In this document: piece by piece, positions 30,287-41,007 of the stretch
Numbering within the stretch: position 1 is the first letter of the stretch
Layout: every line of letters starts with the position of its first letter
Source of the DNA: Candidatus Bathyarchaeota archaeon
GTDB taxonomy: Archaea > Thermoproteota > Bathyarchaeia > Bathyarchaeales > Bathycorpusculaceae
Assembly: GCA_963717465.1 (NCBI GenBank)
Contig: OY970340.1
Coordinates: 1,120,001 to 1,184,000 of the forward strand
Direction: 5' to 3'
Length of the DNA: 64,000 nt
The notes under the pieces: model-generated
Seen by the model: the letters and a program-made list of their open reading frames with translations, nothing else
Database searches by the model: none
Told to the model about the DNA's origin: nothing
Translations under genes and position numbers: made by a program

Positions 30287-31141
30287 ATGAAAGAATTTGA
30301 GAAAATTAGCCCAACTGCTAAACTTGTAGCTTATTCAAGAACGTTTACTGACATTCCTTTTGCTAAAGAGATTGCAATTAAAAGTAACGCTAAACAATCC
30401 TTCGAAGAACAGACTGGGGATATTCGAGGCTCTCCAATCTGGGAAGCACGATATAAAGTCACTGACAAAATAATCAAAGAACATGGCATAACTCAAGTTT
30501 TAGAGATTGCCGCTGGGCTTTCTCCTCGTGGTTTATCGATGACAAGAAATTCCGATGTCGTATATGTAGCAACTGATTTGCCTCAAATTCTGGAAGAAGA
30601 AAAGGAAATTGCTAAGTCAATTCTTGCTCAGTCAAATGAATTACGTCCGAATCTCCACTTTCAAGCAGTAAATGCTCTTGACATGGTGAGTTTATCGAAG
30701 GCTGTTACTTTTTTCAAAAAAGACAAATCTCTTGCCTTTATCACTGAAGGACTTTTACCGTATTTTTCAATGGAAGAAAAACAAACCTTAGCTAAAAACA
30801 TCCATAAAATATTCAGTGAATATTCTGGCTGTTGGATTACTAACGAGGTTTATAGCAAGGACGCACTAAAAAAAATTAGTCAATCAGCAGATGATTTTGC
30901 TAAAAATCGTATGAAACAGGACCAGTACAATATTTTATCTGGAAACAATGTTTTCTCCGATGAGGATGAAATAAAAAGATTTTTTGAAAAAGAAGGGTTT
31001 AAAATTGAGAAATATCCTCATTCAAAAATCTTCGGGGACTTAACGTCGGTAAAAAACTTGGGTCTTAGTGAAGAAGAGATAGTAAAAGTAAAGCAAATTC
31101 TGGATATTAAAGATACACTGATTTTAACACCATCTTACTGA
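30287..31141 (+). CDS. SAM-dependent methyltransferase (LCM/TcmP-like)
   Basis: ISPTAKLVAY, QVLEIAAGLSPR, TDLP, ITEGLLPY. Confidence 0.8.
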   Translation: MKEFEKISPTAKLVAYSRTFTDIPFAKEIAIKSNAKQSFEEQTGDIRGSPIWEARYKVTDKIIKEHGITQVLEIAAGLSPRGLSMTRNSDVVYVATDLPQILEEEKEIAKSILAQSNELRPNLHFQAVNALDMVSLSKAVTFFKKDKSLAFITEGLLPYFSMEEKQTLAKNIHKIFSEYSGCWITNEVYSKDALKKISQSADDFAKNRMKQDQYNILSGNNVFSDEDEIKRFFEKEGFKIEKYPHSKIFGDLTSVKNLGLSEEEIVKVKQILDIKDTLILTPSY

Positions 31142-31287
31142 TAACTGGTGTCAAATGCTTAGTATGGTTGAAGATTTTAAGAGTAGATTTAATCCGATTG
31201 ATACCACGCACAAGATGACTCATAACATACCTAAACCGAGTAAACATCACCTACCTTCTCAAAAAATCACTATTTTTTTTGGTTGGT

Positions 31288-31306
31288 TGGGTTAAATTTT
31301 AATCCA
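31288..31306. repeat. Palindromic motif, copy 3
   Basis: TGGGTTAAATTTTAATCCA. Confidence 0.6.
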
Positions 31307-31661
31307 CACACTCTAATGAATTTCGGGTCAAACCAGCGCGCTCCTTAAACTCTCTAATTTGCTTTGAAAGGAAAAGCAGTGTCTCTTGCAACCTCTATTG
31401 GCACCTAAACGAAGAATTTATCATAGGTCTTTCCACCTGTAGCGCGCAAAAGGTTACATAGTGTGTAACTCTTATGCTAAGAGTATTCTTTTGCATAAGT
31501 TTGAAGAGGTCTAACGTAACTCTCCTCTGCAAATTCCACATAAATATTTTGTTTTTTCTTACTTATTAAGAATATACGAAATTTCTAAAAGTTAGAGGCA
31601 ACAAAATAAAGAACAAAAAGATAGAAAACAAACTACGCACATATTTAACAGTCAGCTGTGA

Positions 31662-32216
31662 TTGAGCGTGGCATTAAACTGTTACTTACCGGGGAAAACG
31701 ATTTTGATAGATGCTTCAGGGTGGAGTGACCTCTTGTTAGGCGTAGTGGTATGTGCGCTTAAACCTCCAGACCGCATGGTGATGGAGCGCAGAATCCCGA
31801 CATCATCCTTCCAGCCGCCAAACTTCAAGAACAAGAAATATTTGGAAGATGCTGTAAAGATTGCCAATGAAATTGTCGCTGTTATGCAGCCTGACTCAGA
31901 AACCTGCTTTAAGGTTTGTTCAGAATACGTTTTATCGAGCGTAATCGAGCACTTGCAAAGCCAAGGTTTCAAAGTTGAAAAAATCGAATCAACAGGCGAC
32001 TTAAAACAGATAGTAGAAAACGGCTATATTAGATGGTGTGTGGAAAAGGGTGTTCCAGAGGAAAAACTCCAAGACAGCAGACGCTTCTGGACTTTTATAG
32101 AGTGGGTTGCTGAAAAACCTCACTTGAGAGAGAGCCTTGTGAAGACTGGTTGGGCAAGTTGGGAAAATAAGTGGCGAGAAGAAATATTCAAGAAACCGTT
32201 AAACTTACGTGACTAA
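31662..32216 (+). CDS. Conserved hypothetical protein (N-terminus weakly RNase HII-like)
   Basis: Long ORF; ILIDASGWSDLLLGVV resembles an RNase H-fold first strand. Confidence 0.55.
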   Translation: MSVALNCYLPGKTILIDASGWSDLLLGVVVCALKPPDRMVMERRIPTSSFQPPNFKNKKYLEDAVKIANEIVAVMQPDSETCFKVCSEYVLSSVIEHLQSQGFKVEKIESTGDLKQIVENGYIRWCVEKGVPEEKLQDSRRFWTFIEWVAEKPHLRESLVKTGWASWENKWREEIFKKPLNLRD

Positions 32217-32563
32217 ACTATTCATTTACTAAAAGTGCGCACATACATCTTTTCCGATGGTCAAAAGTCTTAAATCGGCAAAAGAAATAGGCTCAGAAAA
32301 GATGAGAATTTATGGTGTAAGTCTCTTTGGTTCGTGTAAAGAACGGTTTATAGCGCGCTAGAAAACTCTTGAAGCATTAAAAGGAACAATTTAAGATATT
32401 GAGGGCTAAAAAGAATAATTGATTAATCTCTATCAAAGCAAATTTTAACTGAATGTCCAATGTGCGTGGAAAATTTGAGTAATAAGTTTCAAACCAGACA
32501 ATATATTTTTGAAAAATCCATAGGTTATAATTATAGGTTGCATTCTTAATCTCTTAGTTCTAA

Positions 32564-32989
32564 GTGTTGATTGACATGGACTTTAAGTTGCATATCATTA
32601 AGCGAGAAGACATTTTGGATTATTCTCAAAGGAATCGCATTTGCTTTGCGGTAATTGATATGCGCAAGTCTAAGAGTTATCCTTCAAATTTTGTTTGCAT
32701 GTTGCCAATGGAAGTTCGAAAAGGCAAGAGTGAGAATGGTTTTGGAAGAGTTTTTGGTGAAAATAGTGTTGAACAGGCAAAGCTTTTGTTAACTGATGCT
32801 TTAAAAACAGTTGATGATTCTGAGGTTAGAGTTGAGATAGAGCGAAGACTAAGACTGCTTGAGTCCAAACAGGTTAATCAAATAAAGTGCAGTGGTTGTG
32901 GAAAGTTATTTCAGCCCAAGCGTTTAAGAAGGTTCAAGAACAATTTTTGTGAAGAATGCATGAAGAAGAGGTTGGCACGGCGAGATTAA
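32564..32989 (+). CDS. Hypothetical protein with C-terminal zinc finger
   Basis: CSGC...FCEEC. Confidence 0.65.
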   Translation: MLIDMDFKLHIIKREDILDYSQRNRICFAVIDMRKSKSYPSNFVCMLPMEVRKGKSENGFGRVFGENSVEQAKLLLTDALKTVDDSEVRVEIERRLRLLESKQVNQIKCSGCGKLFQPKRLRRFKNNFCEECMKKRLARRD

Positions 32990-33144
32990 AGACTCCTCAC
33001 GCGCGCTCAGTTTCCTCTTATGAAACATTCAGCCATTTATGAATTCTGTCACGTGCGTTAACAAATCTTATACAGGCACTCTACTTTTTGGCTAAGCGCT
33101 ATAGCTATAATTGAGTCGTTAAGCAAGCTTCCATTTAGAAGCTA

Positions 33145-34143
33145 TTAGTATTGAAGCTCTTTGTTAACCTGATTTATCGCTGGTTTGCCCTCAGACACTC
33201 GTAGAATATTTTCCACAGCAAGTTGCAATTCAGCATTCATGCCTGCATCTGTAAGGGCTATGTTGTGAGGTGTGGCGATAACATTCGCTAACTTCCAAAA
33301 CTCATATGGTTGAGTTTGACTAGATTCTGCCGATGGGTTCCACCAAGGTTCAGACCACCAGACATCAAGCCCAGCACCAGCAATCCATCCTTCTTTTAAA
33401 GCTCTGTAAAGCGGCTCTTCCTGAATGATTTGACCGCGGCCAACGTTCACAATATATGCTGTATGCTTCATTAAGTGGAGTTCACGCTCACCAATCATTC
33501 CACGCGTCTCAGGCGTCAAAGGTGCAGTAATTACCAAAAAATCAGACTCCCCAAGAACATAGTCAAGGTCACGGGGTCCGCCTAGGAAGTCAGGGATAAA
33601 CTTAAGTCCCGAGGTGTCTTTCGGGTCTCGCTTTGTTGCATAAATCTTCATTTCAAAAGCTTTGAGGAGGCAAGCCACTTCCATTCCTACGTGTCCAATG
33701 CCTATAATGCCAGCATTTTTTCCTCGCAGTTCAACTCCCATTCTGGTTGTGTCGTCTCCTTGCGGGAAAAGGTCGTGTCGACGAACAATGTGCTTGGCTA
33801 GGGCCAAAACAAGAGCAACTGCTCCCTCAGCTAAAGGCGTTGGGTTAGCACCTGACGTATTTGCAACAGCAACCTCCTCTCTCAAAACATCGAAGGGTAT
33901 ACCATCGACGCCAGCCCCAATCTTTTGAACAAGTTTAAGCTTCTTAGCCGCCAAAGCTACTTTCTCAGAAAGAGTAACACAGATTATGATATCGACATCA
34001 GCAGCAAGCTGCACCAGTTCTTCCTCGGTTCCCTCCGTAGGAACGATTACTTGAACATCATCAGGAAACATACCTTTGAAACTCGAAAACATAGACATAG
34101 ACTGAGACAAAAGAATCCAAGGAAAAGCAAGCAAAACCTTCAT
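33145..34143 (-). CDS. D-isomer-specific 2-hydroxyacid dehydrogenase
   Basis: GAGVD, GIIGIGHVG, PLTPETRGMI, NVGRG, AGLDVW, TPHN; ATG at 34143 preferred. Confidence 0.9.
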   Translation of the reverse strand: MKVLLAFPWILLSQSMSMFSSFKGMFPDDVQVIVPTEGTEEELVQLAADVDIIICVTLSEKVALAAKKLKLVQKIGAGVDGIPFDVLREEVAVANTSGANPTPLAEGAVALVLALAKHIVRRHDLFPQGDDTTRMGVELRGKNAGIIGIGHVGMEVACLLKAFEMKIYATKRDPKDTSGLKFIPDFLGGPRDLDYVLGESDFLVITAPLTPETRGMIGERELHLMKHTAYIVNVGRGQIIQEEPLYRALKEGWIAGAGLDVWWSEPWWNPSAESSQTQPYEFWKLANVIATPHNIALTDAGMNAELQLAVENILRVSEGKPAINQVNKELQY

Positions 34144-34557
34144 GAAAATCACTAAAGAAAATGAAAAATACCCATTTAATAAAGTTAATGCCATTTTACG
34201 CAAATCTTTAACTGATTCAACTGAGGGCAAACAGCGACTCACTCCGAGGAACCGCTAATGCGGTAGTCAGCTTGAACCTATTTGGCACACGCTGGCTTAT
34301 CCCTTTAACGATTAAAAACTCTATAAGTCTGATTTTGCTCATTAGAGCCTAAAATGGGCTTCTTTGATAACCAGTTTTTAGCCGCGCTAAGAGAGGATTG
34401 AACACAGAAACTTCACTACACTTCTTAACTAAACTGGCTTCAGCCATAACACCTAGGAACAATCAGCGTCTTGGGCAAAGATCTAACTTAGCTTACAATT
34501 TGTAGAAAGTTATGCAAATCCGCAATAAATGGGAATAGTGGCTGTGCTTTTACTTTG

Positions 34558-36472
34558 TTAGGTTTCTTGAGTCTTAGGAGCAGTTGAGTTCAGCTTAATA
34601 ACGTAATTCGTGTTATTCTTCACTGAAACGGCTGCTGGTACTGACGGATTGTATCCTGTGGCGCTGGCTATGATTGAGTAATCGCCTTTTTTCACGTTGC
34701 TAAAAACAGCTTCTCCCTTGCTTCCAGTAGTACCTGCCAAAGATTTCGGACCACTAACTGAAACCGTTGCTCCTGAAATCGGCGAGAGCGTTTCCGCATC
34801 TTGCGCCGTCACCGTAAGCTTGCGGCCGCGTCTGAACAATAGAAGGAATAGTAAAAGTAACGCTATGATAGCGATGACGACTACAACTATGGCCCAGTCG
34901 AGTGGACTGAAAACAAATGCTGCTGTACCTGCCGGCGACAAAGTTGGAGTGGGCGTTGGCGATACTGTAGGAGTTGGAGTGGGCGTTGGCGATACTGTAG
35001 GAGTTGGAGTGGGCGTTGGCGATGTTGAAGCTGCATTCATTGTAATAGTAGCAGTGTTGGATTGAGCTGAAGTCGTACTTGAATTGTCAGTAACCGTTGC
35101 GGTAATCAAGTAAGTACCTGCGGAGGCAGGAGAATAATTAAATGTTGACGCAGTCTGTTCATTTTGAAGAGTCCCATTCACATACCATTGATAACTTGTG
35201 TAATTGCCTGAGCCGCCGCTGGGAGTAGCATTGAACAGTTGAGACTGGCCAGCATCCAAAGTAACCGATGTAGGCGAAATAGACACTGCGGGAGCTGAAG
35301 AAGTTGAAGAAGTACCCAAAGCATAAACGTTACCCTCGGCGTCTTCATAGACTACGCCGCCGTCAACAGCAGGAGACGAATAAAATCCAATGCCCTCCGC
35401 AGTGTAATCCCAGAGGTAGCTACCGCTAGGTAGCGTTCAAAGCAAGTAAGCCTTCTTGGAGTGGGGCTGTATCGCCTATGTAGACTACGCCGCCGTCAAC
35501 AGCAGGAGAAGACTCCACTTCAGTGGTTGTGTTGTAGTTCCATATTTGGGTGCCTGTGGTGGCGTTGAAAGCGTAAATGTAATCATTATTGTTGCCTGTG
35601 TAGACTACGTTGTTGGCAACAGCAGGAGAATCCCAAAAAGAACTGCAAATGGCGCTGGTGTAGTTCCATATTTGGGTGCCTGTGGTGGCGTTCAAAGCAT
35701 AAAAGACGTCATTATCGTTGCCTATGTATACTACGCCGTTGGCAACAGCAGGAGACGACTCAAAAAAGTTATCGCTGGTGTCACCGCCGGTGATGGAGTA
35801 ATTCCAGATCTTGGCGCCGTTTGTAACGTTTAAAGCATAAACGTCACTAGTTGGTATCCCATCGGAGCCTACGTAGACTATGCCATCAACAACAGCAGGA
35901 GACGAATGAGCAAAACCCTCTTGTGCACCCCCAGACACAATGCAGGTGTAGTTCCAGAGTTGGGCGCCGGTGGCAGCGTTCAAAGCATAAAAGACGCCAG
36001 TAGCACCGCCTACGTATACTACGTTGTTGGCAACAGCAGGAGAAGAATACTGAGAGTTAATAGTTAAATTCCAGAGTTGGGTGCCTGTGGTGGCGTTCAA
36101 AGCATAAAAGAGGTCGTACGCATCGTCCATGTAGACTACGCCGTTGGCAACAGCAGGAGACGACGAAATCCCTCCGATGGTAGTGTAATTCCAGAGTTGG
36201 ATGCCGCTTGTAGCGTTCAAAGCCAACATGGATTTACTCACGCATGCGTAGACTACGCCGTTGGCAACAGCAGGAGAACTATACCCGCCCGAAGAGACTA
36301 AGGGAACACTCCAAAGTAGCGTGGGAGTAAGCACTGGATTACCTGTGCCGACGCCATCGTGAGATAGATCCCCGCGCCACATTATCCAGTCTGCGTTCGT
36401 TAACGGAATCAAAACTAAGCTGAAAACAAAAAATGTGCAAACCAATGCTGCTAAAACACGTAACCCCTTCAT
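34558..36472 (-). CDS. Second PQQ-type beta-propeller surface protein with extra Ig/PKD-like domain (+1 frameshift near 35428)
   Basis: Removing one C gives ATSGSYLWDYTAEG...SSPAV...GNVYALGT, joining both ORFs; N- and C-termini nearly identical to 9186-10772. Confidence 0.85.
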
Positions 36473-37207
36473 TTGAATAAAACCTTTTAGCCCTTTTGGG
36501 GCTTAAGAACTATTAAAGACTTTGCTATCGTTTTCTAACTTGTTTTAACGGCTAAACAGTAGACCAAAACTTGGGTGGCGCGTCGCCTTGTCCCGATAAT
36601 GCCTAACGCGCAAAAAAGCTGCAACTGCTTTTTAAGTTTGAATTTATAAAATGCAAAAGTCGCATTTTGGGCGCTCGCGCGGCTTTTTCAGGCAAAGGGT
36701 TTATCGTTAATTCTAACAGACCTGCAAAAAGAGCAGAAGCAGTAGCTCTTCTAAACTCGCGCATGCCCCTTTAGGTTTTTTTGAGCAGCTTTGCCATCTG
36801 CATTGACTTGGGTAGACGAGAACGGTCCAGTATTAATTTTTTTTCTTATTCCATCTGCGGTTACCAGGTGGTCCTATAAGAAAATAAAGTATTAACATAA
36901 GAGCAATGGTTACAACGATAATTATCACAGCTGTTACTTCAGTCGTTACTCTCACCTCCATTTTTAGTGTCTAAGTCTAAATGCTTCCACTTAGTGCAGC
37001 GTAATTTTTTTCGGTGTTTATTACTTCAACCTGGAACTTTTTTGGCAATGACGAAAAGGTGATTATTTAACGACTTTTTCGCTATCCACTTCTATGGCGG
37101 TGTATTTTAGAAGAGGGGTCACATTAACAATAATGGTATTTTTTTTAGTCTCTCCTATTTCAAACTTGGCTTTTGTCATTTTTTTGAACCTCCCTCTTCT
37201 AACTTCG

Positions 37208-37951
37208 CTACTTCCACTTTGTTAGTATTTCCTCCCTTCGGAAAGTTGTTGTGCTAACATAGAACAGCGCTACATCAACTGCTAAAAGTATACCTGAGAT
37301 TATAAGCAGGCTGTTTACGTCAAGAGTTATTATGCTTGTCTCACTGGCAAGGTATATGCCCAAGAGTGGAAAGAGGATAAAAATTCCAAAACTGCTAGCG
37401 CTGCGCACATCATTAACTCGCGATGAAACAATGACGCTGAACAAAATACTCATAACAATAGCGACCGGCATCAGAACTAGGAGCAAAGTGGCGATATTCC
37501 AGTTTGGAAAATAATAGTAGCCAAGCGTATGGAAAGTAACTCCATCAATGCCTACCATGAAGACTGCTGCAGCCGCATACATTGCTACTAAAGTTGGAAT
37601 AACTGCGGAAATGGCTTTTCCAAGCAAAATCTCTCCATCAGTAAGGGGCGTGGCTAGAAGCGGTTCCAGACTCTTCTCCACTTTCTCCCCCACTATACTG
37701 TAGGAGGCAATCCCTAAGGGAACATATGCTGCTCCTATGACTAAGAAGAAGGAAAAGGAGTTAAGCAAATTCGGAAGCACACTCGGCGCTGCGAGTCCGT
37801 GGCTCCCCCTTACTGCTAAATACTCCAGTATCACCGGAAACAGAACCGAGATAACTACTGGGAAAATAATAATTGAGTACCAGACGTTTTTTACTCGCCT
37901 AAATATTTTGAAGTCCTTTGCTGCTACAATCCACGCCTTAGAGAGTCTCAT
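37208..37951 (-). CDS. ABC-2 type transporter permease
   Basis: SIVGEKVEKSLEPLLATPL..EILLGK; six hydrophobic segments. Confidence 0.85.
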   Translation of the reverse strand: MRLSKAWIVAAKDFKIFRRVKNVWYSIIIFPVVISVLFPVILEYLAVRGSHGLAAPSVLPNLLNSFSFFLVIGAAYVPLGIASYSIVGEKVEKSLEPLLATPLTDGEILLGKAISAVIPTLVAMYAAAAVFMVGIDGVTFHTLGYYYFPNWNIATLLLVLMPVAIVMSILFSVIVSSRVNDVRSASSFGIFILFPLLGIYLASETSIITLDVNSLLIISGILLAVDVALFYVSTTTFRREEILTKWK

Positions 37952-37953
37952 GT

Positions 37954-38872
37954 TTATTTCCTCACAAGTTTTAGATAGGTATCTTCCAAAGTTGAGCCCA
38001 CAACATTGATTGATTTGACATGACCGCCCGACAGCACTATAGCCTCTATAACAGGTGAATTTTCCTTGTCTGGGTTTTCCACGTCAAATGTTATCGTGTC
38101 GCCGCCGCTGGACAAATTCTTGAGCGGCAGTTTTTTCAGTGCCGCCAAAACGGCATCGTTCACTTGCTGTTCCAATCCGATAACTGTCTTCTTACCGCTA
38201 ACGGACCTTTCAAGTTCCTGCGGAGTACCAATTGCCCTAAGACTCGTATTCATTATTGCTACCCTGTCGCAGATTCTCTGCGCCTCGTCGAGGTTGTGAG
38301 TGTTCAGGAAGATTGTCTTCTTCTCTTTTTTTAGTTGAAGAATGAAATCTCGGACTGTTTTCGCAGCCTCAGGATCTAGATTTGCAGTAGGCTCGTCCAT
38401 GAAAAGGACTTGTGGGTCATGGATTAGGGCGCGGGCTATGGCGAGTTTTTGTTTCATGCCCTTGGAAAAGGTCCCTGCTAAATCGTTTCTCTTATCCCAA
38501 AGTCCTAACATTTCAAGAAAACGCTTATTGTTCTCTTTTCTTTGTGCATCCGAGCAGTCGTATATTTTTCCGTAAAAATCTATGTTGTCGTAGGCGGTCA
38601 GATTTTCAGATAACCCAACGTTATCAGGAACTAATCCGATGATTTTGCGGATTTTAATTGAGTCTTCCTTTTTTCCTATGTCATAGCCGCCTATGTTTGC
38701 GTTCCCACTAGTTTTTGATATTAGGCAGCAAAGCATTCTGATAGTTGTGGTTTTTCCTGCGCCATTCGGGTCCGAGAAAACCGAAAACTTCGCCATCGTT
38801 AACATGTAGCGTAAGGTTGTCAACGGCTGTAAGGTTGCCGAATTTTTTTGTCAGGTTTTCGGTATCGATCAA
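37954..38872 (-). CDS. ABC transporter ATP-binding protein (+1 frameshift near 38770)
   Basis: [48 protein letters not shown]. Confidence 0.9.
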
Positions 38873-39147
38873 CAAGAACCGCCAGTTATTAGCTCTCAAT
38901 CAGTGACTGATATATTTAAAACGCGCGCTCAAAACACCGGGTGAAAGACAAAGCGGTGTCACCGACTTGCTTCAACATTTAATATCGGGACAAGGCAACC
39001 GCGCTTTCTATGTCGTCGAGGTTTAGACCACGCAAAACGGAGCAAGAACCATTATTCTTCTCCATAATAGACTGACCAAACGATCAAGGACAAATTTGTT
39101 AACAAGAAAGTGTTAATCAAAATAATTTAGCAACGAACTGGAGCACC

Positions 39148-39745
39148 TTCAAAATAGTCCACTTCAAAAAACCTTGAAAAAAAGCAATCCTAAACCTGCA
39201 GAAAACTAATTAGTAACTAATTAGCAGCCGACAAATGACCCCAAACCCTTCCTTTAACTATGCAAAAAGTTCAAACAACACCACCCCTGACCATAAAAAA
39301 GTTCAAAACACACAACCCCTCAAAACCAAAACCAAAACACTTTAGCAAAAAGAAGCCCAAACCAACCCTTTTCAAACCAAAAAAATTCCCAAAATTGAAC
39401 AAAAAAGTTCAAAATTCCACTTCCACCACACCAAACCATGAACAACCACCAACCAAAAACAACAACCAACCACACAAACAACAACCCAAAAACCCACAGC
39501 GCCATTCAGCCTAAACCTAATTAACGGCGCGCACGTCTTTACCGTTCTTGCATCTAGAAGTACTAGTCGGTTTAGCCGTTGCACTGTTACGTTTTGCTTT
39601 GCACCTTAAGTTGCCTCCTCACTCACTTGATAAACCCCAAAACAACCTCATCAGACTGCTCCAAAACCAACTTTTGAAAATTCAAAGCACCCCAAAGCTT
39701 AGCATCAATCTCAAGATCTAGTGGACCGGTGGGGATCTGAACCCC
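39148..39745 (+). repeat. ~600 bp direct repeat copy 1 (island end sequence ending in tRNA-Ala 3' fragment at 39722-39745)
   Basis: Aligns along its length with 52596-53167. Confidence 0.9.
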
Positions 39746-40594
39746 CGAGCAAAGTGGAGATGTCACCTGCAAATCCGTTTTTTATCCTTCAAGTGGAATA
39801 ATGCTCCGCACATCACAGCAACAATGCCAATATTGTGGTGGTAGAGCGCCCATGGCATTTCTGAAAATGAATTTTAAGAGTTCGTCCGTCACTACTTATG
39901 TATGTTGCTGAAGTGGTGTCTTTGTCCACCCTTTAGCTAAATAGAGTCCAGAAGTTATTTGCAATACCGTTTTAGTGGTTTATTGTTTCTTTCCCTTTGG
40001 GGGAAGTTGCTGTCTCGCCTGCTTCTTCTTTGCTTCTTTTTCGCGTTCCATTTTTTTCTGTTGTTCTATTTGAGTATTTTTTTGTTTACGTTTAGCTACA
40101 CTCGGCATAAATATCACTTACAAATTAACGATAAACATGCAAACTAAAACACATTTCCTTTTCATTAATTGAGGAAGCCAATGAAGCCAATAATTATCAA
40201 AACTAACTTGTATTCCTTTCATTTTTACTAAAGAAGCCAAAACGTTACAATGTCAAAAAAAGAAACAAAGTTTAGAAATGTTCTATCTCGGGCTTAAGAA
40301 GTCTGTGTTTTGCTCTGTTTCTCCTTTTTTTCTTTCTTTTCTCGTCTCGCTCTTTTTTAGTCAATGATTAATCTTTTTTTGGCATTTTTGCTCCCAAAAA
40401 TATAGTGTGCCTAACACTGCCTCAATAATTTTCAAAGAATCGCGGAATTCTATTTGCGAACTTGCCAACGATAGCCACAATCATGAAGTAACTGATGCCA
40501 AAATAGAACAAAAAGAGAAATAATGAATAGGAAAAATCACGGAAGTATTAAGTAAAATGCACTCAAAAAACAACTTACATGACCGTGTTTATTT

Positions 40595-40619
40595 TAGTGG
40601 ACCGGTGGGGATTTGAACC
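40595..40619 (-). repeat. Exact 25 bp copy of tRNA-Ala 3' end (att-like site)
   Basis: TAGTGGACCGGTGGGGATTTGAACC identical to 53141-53165. Confidence 0.85.
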
Positions 40620-40624
40620 GTGTT

Positions 40625-40844
40625 CAGACTGCGTGAAAAGTCTCTTTTTGTGCTCTTAGTTACCATTAAGCTTAAAGCTAGCTTCAGGACAACTGAAAAG
40701 CCATGAGCGAACATGTAAACGGAACACACAGTTGATGAGTTTGATGAAAGCGTAAAAAACGGAGAAGACGCAGAGAAAGATAGAAGACAATGGCTTAGAT
40801 TACAGAGGCTCTTGCAATTTAGCTCTGGGTTTTGACACGGTCTG
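40625..40844. mobile_element. 220 bp MITE with 15 bp imperfect TIRs and 4 bp TSD
   Basis: Left CAGACTGCGTGAAAA versus reverse complement of right end CAGACCGTGTCAAAA (12/15); TGTT duplicated at 40621-40624 and 40845-40848. Confidence 0.7.
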
Positions 40845-41007
40845 TGTTGAGTTCAAACCACAAGCCTAACCCACGCGCATAAGTGGTCATTAATTCTTTT
40901 TCAACCGATTTCTGAAAAATAGGCATAGAATTTAATCGAATAAGCTTTTAGAGGTGAGAGCGTAAAGGGATAGCTGAACGAGCCTCAAAGGAGGTGATAA
41001 AACCGAT

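Noticed and set aside
39260..39584. K/P/N-rich and antisense F/W/V-rich ORFs (also 52682-53118)
   Set aside because: They are by-products of strand-skewed repeat DNA, and the frames are not conserved between the two copies.
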